Source: Eledone cirrhosa
Lineage: Eukaryota
Length of the DNA stretch: 64,000 nucleotides
Direction of reading: 5' to 3'
Assembly: GCA_964016885.1 (NCBI GenBank)
Contig: OZ024746.1
Coordinates: 7,502,001 to 7,566,000 of the forward strand
In this document: one piece after another, positions 54,775-64,000 of the stretch
Layout of the letters: the number at the start of each line of letters is the position of its first letter
How positions within the stretch are numbered: the first letter of the stretch is position 1
Translations under genes and position numbers: made by a program
The notes under the pieces: generated by a model
Seen by the model: the letters and a program-made list of their open reading frames with translations, nothing else
What the model was told of the DNA's origin: nothing
Database searches by the model: none

Positions 54775-55150
54775 AATTTGAGTATGTGTTGGTTAATTAC
54801 CGACACTTCAGTATGCAGGGTAGAGCACTCCACAGAGTGCGCAGGTGGGTCTGTTTACTCTGGGGTATATTTATAAACAAGAAGTGTAAGTCAACAGGTT
54901 AAAATTAACTTTGTTTATTCATAGTCGCTATTATATATATTTTGGTGATAACCATTATACAACAGTTATGACCTCATCAAACAGCTAGAATTTTAACAGA
55001 AAAACATAATGATGGAATAAAGCTTACTTCTGTTATTTCAATTTTTTTATATGCTCCGTGCTGAAATTTGGTGTTGTTTTCTCAAGGTATCGGTAGCCTT
55101 GAGAAAACAACACCAAATTTCAGCCCCGAGCATATAAAAAAATCGAAATA
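54775..55150 (-). mobile_element. Decayed relative of the 34.5-34.9 kb hammerhead element, with fold-back end
   Basis: The minus strand reads gctgt TTGATGA ggtcataac...gttatcacc AAAA tatatata atagc (two core mutations) and shares the tail cctgcgcactc..gagtgc..cctgcatactga. Hairpin at about 55035-55150. Confidence 0.65.
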
Positions 55151-55182
55151 TTTGTTTTAACTATATTTTTCTTTCTTTCTAG

Positions 55183-55405
55183 TTTAAAACACCAAAACAC
55201 TTCTATCTAATATGGTGTCTTTTCTGGGGCATTTACCATGTGACTGGAGTTTTTATGATCTTCTTCATTCAAAGTGATATCGATAAGGTCGCCAGAATTC
55301 TAGCATATGCCACAATTTGGGGTTACATATCACTGTGTTTGACAGCGTTAATAGATCTGGCGGTAGTGATATGTTTCCAATATATAAAACGGTTTAAAAA
55401 TAGAG
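55183..55405 (+). CDS. Rolling stone-like membrane protein, coding exon 2
   Basis: Polypyrimidine acceptor ctttctttctag. Encodes FKTPKHFYLIWCLFWGIYHVTG...AYATIWGYISLCL...KRFKNR, with hydrophobic helices and a YxTxW motif. Phase-1 donor gtatgt at 55406. Confidence 0.85.
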
Positions 55406-55635
55406 GTATGTTTCTTTACAATTTCTCAATAAATACAAGCTTTTAATATTTTTTATATATGAAAAAATTTCTGTAGGGTTTGTCTAATTCTACTGACTAC
55501 AGCACCAACAAATTCTTGGCTTTTTGCCAAAGCTATGAGCTATTTATTTATCTATCTATCTATCTCATCTCCCCCTTCTCTCTCTCTTTTTATATTGGTC
55601 CCTCACAAATATTATATATATATATAGATATAGAT

Positions 55636-56398
55636 ATAATAAATGAAGAATTAGAAGTTAGGAATATCCGTCATCTTTTTATCCCAATAACTTATTTTAG
55701 GTATTGTATCGCCCTAGCTAGAGGTATATGGTCTGTAATGCGAAGAAACACCTATGATGGCTAGTAGATAACTGATGACGGATATTCCTAACTTCTATTT
55801 CTAATTCTTCATTTATTATACTTAATTGCAACAACATAGCTCGCCATTTTTTATTCATATATGCTTTCCCCTTCGCTGTGACCTGTCTTTTTTCTCTTCC
55901 CTTACTGCTATCCTCTTTCTCTCTCCTTCTCCCTCTTACTTTCACTCACCCTCTCTGCTAGCCTCTTCCTCGCACTTTCACTCACTCACTCTCTGCTACT
56001 CACCCTCTCACTTCCTCTATTGTCCCACACCGTACGCGATCCTTTTCCTCGCTCACATCCGTACGGCTAAGATGTGTCTTTACCTTCTCGTCAAACTTCG
56101 CCTGTTCTTATGTTCAAAATGAATTATTGACTTGATTTTTTCTTTTTTTCCTCTCTTTGTGTTGCCTCACCATTTGTGTTTGTTTACCTGTCTCTCTTTC
56201 TCCACCCAACTCTTTTTATCCCAATAACTTATTTTAGTTATTGTACCGCCCTAGCTGGAGGTATATGGTCTGTAATGCGAAGAAATACCAATGATGGCTA
56301 GTAGACAACTGATGATGGATATTCCTAACTTCTATTTCTAATTCTTCATTTATTATACTTAATTGCAACAACACAGCTCACCATTTTTTATTCATATA
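55636..56398 (+). mobile_element. Non-autonomous element with about 188-bp direct terminal repeats and a short inverted 5' duplication
   Basis: Direct repeats 55674-55862 and 56211-56398 flank a pyrimidine-rich spacer. 55636-55675 is the reverse complement of 55774-55820. TA-rich flanks on both sides. Confidence 0.7.
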
Positions 56399-56414
56399 TA
56401 TAGATATATATATA

Positions 56415-56749
56415 TTATGTTGTAGTTCCTGTAGTTTTGGAGATAGACCCCCATAACCATATATATTCTGAAACTACATTGCCCAGGGTACTTGGATAAG
56501 TATATTTCATTTTAATCAAAGGGTTCCCCGGGGGTACAAATCCCCGCTGAAAATGTTTTCCCTGAAATTTAAACCATAGGTAAATGACAAGATATGATGC
56601 CTATTCACAAAATTTCAGCAAATTTCAATAATATTAAGACACCCTAATGGAGCTTTTCTCCATAAATTATATCACTGATTTAAAATCAATCATCATTTTC
56701 TTACAAAAAAAATGTGTGAACCGCTGCAAGGCACGGGTAATTCGGCTAG
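56415..56749 (+). mobile_element. Non-autonomous Helitron 3' portion
   Basis: Ends with the hairpin ccgctgcaaggcacgg and a terminal CTAG followed by T. The 5' limit is uncertain. Confidence 0.5.
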
Positions 56750-57090
56750 TATCATCATCATCGTTTAACGTTCACCTTCCACGCTAGCATGGGTTAGATA
56801 TATATAATATTTGTGAGGGACCAATATAAAAAGGTGTTTGTTAGTTTTACAATCAACATTCCAAAGATTGGTGGATGTTGGATGTCAGTCTTTACAGAGT
56901 ACCGGACAAAATGTCTTGTGGCGTTTATTTCAGATCCTTTAGTAACCCTCACATCCACCCCACCGTCCACATATATGTATGAGTACATTTATATATGTAT
57001 ATATATATATATATATATACACACATAAATATACGTGTACTCACACATACATGTATATTTATGTATATAGATATACATGTATGTATGTGT

Positions 57091-57275
57091 GGTAAGGAAC
57101 CAGGTGGACCATAACGCACCAGAGTACTCGATACTTTGGGTAGTAGAGTGGGTAATAGGAAAAGAGTCAGGACCCCGACGGCAGAGTTCAAGCCATTTCG
57201 ACAGCTATTTTTGGACTAGAAATAGCTGTCGAAACAGCTTGAGCTCTGCCGTCGGGGTCCTGACTCTTTTCCTAT
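57091..57275 (-). mobile_element. Fold-back element, second copy (intron of the rolling stone-like gene)
   Basis: Arms at about 57155-57210 and 57220-57275; homologous to 48435-48629. Confidence 0.75.
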
Positions 57276-57397
57276 ATATATATACATGTATATATGAGTG
57301 CATGTGTATTTGTATATATATATGCATGCATGAATGTGTGTCATTTGATTGTCTTACCAATTAATGAACTGAAATACATTGACTCTCCACTTTGCAG

Positions 57398-57508
57398 CTG
57401 AAAGTCAGTCGCTCCATTGGTCTATGAAGATAAGCTGGGTCTTTACCAATGTGTCCTACACCAGTGGAGTATTGATCTCATTTGGTTACTGGACACTACT
57501 TTACAGCT
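57398..57508 (+). CDS. Rolling stone-like membrane protein, coding exon 3
   Basis: Acceptor tttgcag. Encodes (A)ESQSLHWSMKISWVFTNVSYTSGVLISFGYWTLLYS. Phase-1 donor gtgagt at 57509; phases match both neighbouring exons. Confidence 0.85.
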
Positions 57509-58572
57509 GTGAGTCTTCTTTCTTTCTTTCTTTCTATCATTGACAACAATGTTGATTTCTTAGGTAAGCAAAAGGCTTTTGTTTACAGCAAAAATGAGAT
57601 TATGTAACATTCATGCCTCTCTCCATCTGAAGAACATTAGTGATGGAATGTATTTGATAAGGTCTACTCAATTAGGGCCAACCTAGGGCTAAACAACTAT
57701 AAAGGTAGCCAGTAACTTACCAATTCTAATAATTGTCTTTTATTGTTGTTAGTGTTTGGTAAAAGATACTTCAGGGGAGGAAAAACAAAACCTAATTGCA
57801 AATGCGTATTTTATTTTGCGTGTTACTTTAACCAGTTAAGTGGCAGTTTATTTTAGAATATCCTCTTCTGCAGTCTGATAAAAATAAAACAGGATATTAA
57901 ACCATTCATATACAAACACAGCAGTGTAGTTGAGAAAGTTTGCTTCACAGTCATGTGTTTCCAGGTTTGATCTCTTCCGTAGTTGCTAGTCATGAGTTGA
58001 ATTGGAAGGTTGTCCAACTATGCATAAAAAGGCTGATTATGATACCTACACAACGACATTCTATCTACTTGAATATTATGTTAGGTCTACAAGTGTTTTC
58101 TGCTATAAATAATTAATATAATTTAAATCTTTCCACAAATAAAAGGAATAATGTTATGAAACACAAGGCTAAAGTATGATTAATGCTTGTATTAATAAAC
58201 ATATTGTTTAATATTTGTCTAACTTAGAATAGAATCTATACAGGGTGTTGTCAGGAACACTTTAAGAAAATGGAAAATATGGAAGTAAATCATTATTAAG
58301 ATTGGGTTCCTATCGATATATGCTTCACTGTTGAGATCTAATTAGAATAAAACATGTTCGGATTTGTTGTATTATTAATTAATTTTATTTATTTCTACAC
58401 TACAATAAACGAGAGGCAGCAAATTGGCAGAGTCTTTAGAGTCAGATAGAATGCTTTCTGGTATTGGTTTCAGCTCTCTACTCTCTGAGTTCAATTCCTT
58501 CCAAGGTCAACTTTGCCTTCTATTCATTTGAGGTTGATAAATAAAGTACCAGTCAAGTACTGAGGTAGATTC

Positions 58573-58623
<51 letters not shown>

Positions 58624-58888
58624 CACTTCCATTCTCTCACTTTCTATCCTTCTCTGAAAAAAATCTGCTGTATTCAGACCTGGAGAGGAGATGGGCTCTG
58701 TCAGGTTTACAAATGCCCTAGAAATGCCATATGTTAATGCAACACCCTTATGACTCCCTCAGGTGTTACAGGACCATACATACATTAAATATGATGTATT
58801 TAATTTGATAATAATTTGTGCCATTGAAATTAGTCCTTTTGTTGTTGATGTTGTTGCTAAATATGTTTTCATTCTTTTCTTATTATAG

Positions 58889-59274
58889 CAAGCAACAACA
58901 AACATGTGTACCTGAATGTAATGGAACATGCAGTGAACAGTCTCTATATTTTATTGAATTTGTTCATTACAGCTAAACCAATTCGTATTTATCACGCATG
59001 GCAATCCGTCGTGGGTTTTATCATCTACATTATATTTTCACTCATCTATTTCTTCAGTGGTGGAACATCAACAAAAGATAAACGAGTTATTTATTTCTTT
59101 ACAAACTGGAATCGACCATCCGTCGCAATACCTTTCACTTTGCTTCTGCTATTTGTCGGCCTTCCCATAGTTCATGCATTTTTGTATTCTATATATAGAC
59201 TAAAACTTTACTTGGTTCATAAAACGATCACTGAAGATGAAAGTACGGATCCTAAGAGTAAATTGCCGGACTAA
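58889..59274 (+). CDS. Rolling stone-like membrane protein, last coding exon
   Basis: Acceptor tattatag. Encodes (S)SNNKHVYLNVMEHAVNSLYILLNLFITAKPIRIYH...IYFFTNWNRP...stop. The HAxNS, PIRxxH and IYxxxxWxxP motifs fit the rolling stone family. Spliced CDS totals 825 nt (274 aa). Confidence 0.85.
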
Positions 59275-59715
59275 AAGACAATAATATCACATACTAAAGA
59301 CAATATCACATACTAAAGACAATAATTTCACATACTCAAGTCATATTGATATCACAAACTCAAGTTATATTGATTATTAATTTATTGAAGTTACGGGGGA
59401 ATTAAAGTGTATTGAACAAATGAAAACTAATTTCAAAAATATTGAATATTATGTCAAATAACACAAACACAGACACTGATACACACACACACACACATAA
59501 AGGCTATAGGTGTTATCTCCCTTGCTTATGTTACAAATAAATACATATAAATTAGTGGCATTTTGTTCATTTGTTAATACCTATCCATGAGATTTTGGAA
59601 AACCATTTTCCCGATTGTAATGTCATTTCACACCACAACAAGTATAACTACTAGGTTTATTATATTATATATATATATGTTATATATATGTATGAGATGA
59701 AAGAATGGTATTTAA

Positions 59716-62700
59716 CTAATGTAATGGTACGCGATGGGGCCCACTCACAGCCCCGGCGGACAGAATGGAGAAGGCGTTTCCCCGGAGGACGGCAAGGGAG
59801 ACGCGCTGGAAAAGCCATTCCAACTCGCAGGGCTCACACCTGCGGCTGGCCAGCTCAGCGCCTATGGCGGTGAGTAAGGAGGTAGCCTTGGGGCCGAGGA
59901 CACCCAAAGTCTCCACTGCCAGGGGAACAACCGCAAACCTGTCGGAGAGCGACCGGTATCTGAGGAGTTTGGCCCCCTCAGCCCGATGTGCAGCAGAACC
60001 TGGGTCAGTCACAGACTGCACCAGGTTGTGGCTGCAGAAAGTGTCGGTGCAAGTGGCATCCCAGACGAAGGGTTTGCCACCGCGGAGCGGGAAGATGGTC
60101 ATGCCATCTGGCCTTTTGCCGTCCCCTCGATCCAGCCCCACCGGCTCGAGCTGGGAAGGGAAGTCTGCAGCGTCCAAGCAATGCTTAATGACCTCATTGA
60201 GGGCAGTATGGCGTGGAATGCGGCTGGCACTGTGGCGACAGGAAAGCGGGTGGAGGCCGAAAGAGTCCACGGTGGAACCACAGCGACATTGGTGTGGCTG
60301 GCAGATCCGGAGGCTGAGCCTCAGGGAAACGCCGATTCGCAGGCTATGGTTGTCTAGCTGCGTGCCAGTGGAGAAGGAGGGCAGAGCATGGAGCCAGGCA
60401 CCACTGTGGGGTTTGGAGGCTGCACGAAAACAAGCAAGGCGGTGCTGGTCGAGCTGGCGCGTGAGCCTGTCTGAGGCCAGGCTGCACTGGATGGCATCCC
60501 AAGTGCGTTGGGGGAACTTGACGTCAACAGGGGGAGAAGGAGGAGGGACGTCTACTGGGCTAAGTCCCAGCCGGTCCCACGTCTCACAGGCGGCCTCACA
60601 TTCTCTGGACACAGAGGGTTCTGTTGTGTTTTGAAGAACCCTGCTGACGAGGACGTGGCACGAGGTTACCAAGAAAGATACGCTGGCAAAGCTAGTGAGA
60701 TCAGGGACCGGAGACCTAGGCCGCCATACCTGACCGGTAAAGTGGCCTGTTGCCACCCTATGTCGTCAAACTTGACGTTGCATATCCCCTCGGCTGCTGC
60801 TCGGATACAACTATCGAGGTCAGCGAGGAGAGATGTCAGGGTGTAGCATGGAGTGCTGTGGAGTGTATAGAGGAGCTTCGGCATGGCGAAGCAGTTCCTC
60901 AGCAGAAAGAGAGCTGGGTGGCCGTCAATCAAGCCCAGTAGGCCCGTGAGAGACTGGAGCTGTTGAAGCCTGAACCTGATGGTGGAGCAGATGGCTGGCG
61001 GGTGGATCGGTGACCCAAGGATGAGGACATCCTCTTTGGGGGTCACCTGAACCTGGCGGAGAATGGACCGCACGTCCAAGACGGAGGCTGCAAACCTCAG
61101 AGCATCGAGGCTGACGTTCACCACCTCCGAGTTGACCTGGAGGCTGATTCCTGCCAGGGTAGGAATCACCGATTGAAGGTCTTGGCAGACCGTCCATACA
61201 GGCCCGCCCAACGTAGCATCATCCAGATACAAAACGTTGAGAGGGGCCGTGATACTCCGGGCGATGTGGTCAATACCAAGGGCAAACAGGAGGGGTCCCA
61301 AAGGGTCGCCCTGTTGGACCCCAGTAGCTGAGGGTATGACCGTATCAGCAGCTAGGAGCATGCTCGGGGCTCCATATGACAGGTAGGCCAGCGGGTAGGC
61401 AGAGGGGCCTCGGCTGAGGCAGGCCTCCAGCAGATGATCCCAGCGTAAAGAGTTAAAGGCATTCCTCATGTCAAGCTTGACAATGAGGTGCCTGGAGTCC
61501 CTGGATGCTGGTACCGATGGGCAGCTGCTGAAGAACTGCCTGATTGCATGAGCGACTCCCTCACAGCCACTGGACACGCCGACACCCAGTTGCACCGGAC
61601 TAAACTCCTCACCCAGTTCGTGTGTGACGGACTTGTAGATCACCTTGGCAGCCAGCCTCCAGAAGACATTGCCCACAGCAATGGGGCGTATGCCACCCTC
61701 TTTCTTCCTGAGAGCGGTGAGGCTGGCCGAAAAAAAGAGGCCTCGGGTGTAAGGGTCGAGGGCACCATGAATCAGCCTATTGGTGAGCGCCACAATTGCA
61801 CTCAGAAGGCGGCACCCGGCCTCAGCGGAGAGGGGGGATGTCAACTCCTTGAAGTGGCCTGGTCGGAGACCATCAACACCTCCGCAGCTGCTAGCTGGGA
61901 AGGACCTGATGGCGGACATGATATCTGCAGGTGGGGGTCGGGTGGGGGTATGGGTCTGAGATCAGTGGGTGGCTCAGGGTGTTTGAGCCATAGAGCAGCC
62001 AGGACCTCCTCGGTGGGTTGGAGGACAGTGTCCTCTGAGGCAACAACTCTGACTGCGGCTGAGACATCACCCATGATAAGCTTTGCGTTTACCTGGTCAC
62101 GCAAACGCTTGGTACTGGCCTCGGGGGTGGAGGATAGGGGGTACCTGAGGGTGGGGTGTGTGGCATCCCTGGGCACGCTTGGAATGGGCGCTCACCCAAA
62201 TGACGAGACATTGGCCTTGACGAAGGCTGCTGCTGCCGGCCGCCCCGGTCAGCGCTAGAGCTGGGGAGGCCGAGTGGGGCAAAATAGAACAACTGCTCCC
62301 AGTCACTGGCTCGATTGGAGTCCAGGGCGCTCTCAATCGAGGAAGCGAGGGCATCGGCTACCAGCACCCGTGCTGCTCTCGGGATCCTGAGTGGGATCTT
62401 CCGGAGCCGCCTGAGCCGAGTGTTGTTGACCAGCGAGGCTCGGGCGTCAGGCAAGCTCGCTGTTCCATCTGGTGGTGTGCCAGATGGCCGTGGCTGGGAA
62501 GACGTAGGGAATAGGCAGCTCCTGCACCTCCACGCAGCGAGGGCATTGGAAGCTCGACGAGTCAAGCTAACACAGGTGAGGTGGTGGAAGCAGCCGCACC
62601 CCAAACAGTTCCGGCCCCTCTTCCGTTTGTTAGTAGTGCCGCAAGTGCTGCAGGTGTCGATTTGGAGGGGTGGGGGATGGGGCGTGGGGTCCGAGACTGG

Positions 62701-62950
62701 GGCACCGAGCGGCATCAGGGGTGGGTGGCTGGTGTGTGTGGTTGGAAGGGAAATTGCTGGTAAGAGGGCAACATAGGTCACCTATATATATGGAGGTGTT
62801 AGAAAACGAGAACGAAAAGGGGCTGCATGGAGGGGGAGACACAGGAAGGTAGAATGGCAGTAAATGAATGAGTGAATGGATGGATGTACACAAAAAAGGG
62901 GGGGGGGACAAGGGGTTGTTCCCAGCGGAAAGACCCAGAATTCAGCACGC
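59716..62950 (-). mobile_element. Near full-length CRE-clade non-LTR retrotransposon (PHD-type finger, RT, CCHC, restriction-like endonuclease), split over 4 frames
   Basis: ORFs 62089-62781 (CxxC...CxxCxxxxHxxC...WxCxxC), 61841-62176, 60666-61919 (RPIAVG, KLDMRNAFNSL, GVQQGDPLGPLLF, YLDD) and 59716-60756 (CRCG..HPLSC, RH, RPDG, VWDATCTDT, AVETLG). The 5' boundary is approximate. Confidence 0.9.
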
Positions 62951-64000
62951 ACACATGCGAGCAACTGAGCAGTTTGTCAAAGACGATATTCTCAATGGAC
63001 GCACTTACAATATTTGAATATAACTGAACCGTTGTGTCATTTAATTTGAAAAGTGGAGCAAAGTAAAAGGAAAATAGTGAATTTGGAGTGTCAATCCCTT
63101 GTGATTTTTTTACTTGTTTTCTTGAACATGACAAAACTTCTCTCAACTCACTGAGATATACTTCATTTACTCACCATTACTCAACCAACAAGCCACTCTT
63201 CACAATTCATACTATCATCCAACAAATGAACTAAACAGACAAACAAACAATCATCTTTAACTGCTATATATATCATCATCACCGTTTTACGTCCGTTCTT
63301 CCATGCTAGCATGGGTTAGATGGGTTGTCCTGTTGTGGGCAGTGTCCAGTCGGCTGACCTTGTCTTGCTCATACAGGAACTGATTCTGGGGCTCAATTTC
63401 TACAGCTGGGTGCCCATCCTAATACCAACCTCATTTACAGTGAGTGATGGGTGATTTTTTTCTGTGGCACCTCCACGACCACTTTTCAGTGGGAGGGGGT
63501 GGGGGCATATTGTCTATATGCTTCAGCTTGTTCCCGTGGGAAGTCAGGTCTTCTGCATTACTGCGCGACGTCAGAGGTCACGGTCGTGTATACATACACT
63601 TTATAAAGGATGTTCACCTCAGACATTTTCACCTAACCCTCTACTAACATTCATAATTAATGCATTATTTTTTCCCTTTTTCTATACATGCCTGAACATT
63701 GTAAAACGGTGATGATGATATCCTCCCACTCCTTTTCTAAACAAATATATCTCAAATATATTTGTAATTAAATATTAACTTTAATTATTTCATTTATTTC
63801 TGATGATTTGCTGAATGCAGACATAATAAAAGTAAATGAATAACAAAAAAAAATATGCCTATTCAGCTCATGTAGTAACAGTAATGAAACGCATGTTAAG
63901 TAATATAAAAAATCTTTATTCAAATCTCTCCTCTCTTCTTGCCTAGTTTTTCCTAATATTCTATTTATATTAAATTATTCCCCGAATTCTGGGAATCTTG

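Noticed and set aside
59765-62776. Long plus-strand ORFs (289, 256 and 153 aa)
   Set aside because: Antisense shadows of the GC-rich CRE coding sequence.

Overview
AT-rich, repeat-dense eukaryotic (animal) DNA. The tRNA-derived SINE family and the extreme microsatellite load suggest an octopus/cephalopod genome (inference). The only host gene I can reconstruct is a 4-coding-exon rolling stone-like membrane protein (53819-59274, +, about 274 aa). The rest is mobile DNA and satellites: a near full-length CRE-clade non-LTR retrotransposon with an N-terminal PHD-type finger (about 59.7-62.95 kb, -) plus about 5 truncated copies, R4/Dong-clade retrotransposons beside (TATG)n, RTE fragments, a solo LTR, hAT, mariner and Helitron remnants, MITEs and about 20 SINEs. 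The most interesting signal lies between 33 and 57 kb: about ten short non-coding elements in (TA)n tracts, most with a fold-back (inverted) duplication at one end. Several carry minimal type-I hammerhead ribozymes like those of Penelope-like elements, and many share an ACTC...GAGT 3' motif. One family (38.55-38.65 kb, 55.68-55.78 kb, 56.22-56.32 kb) instead carries a structured RNA with a C/D-type kink-turn, compensatory base changes and a possible pseudoknot, which I cannot assign to a known RNA class. Most long ORFs in the track are microsatellite artefacts. All structures were read by eye; no database search was run.
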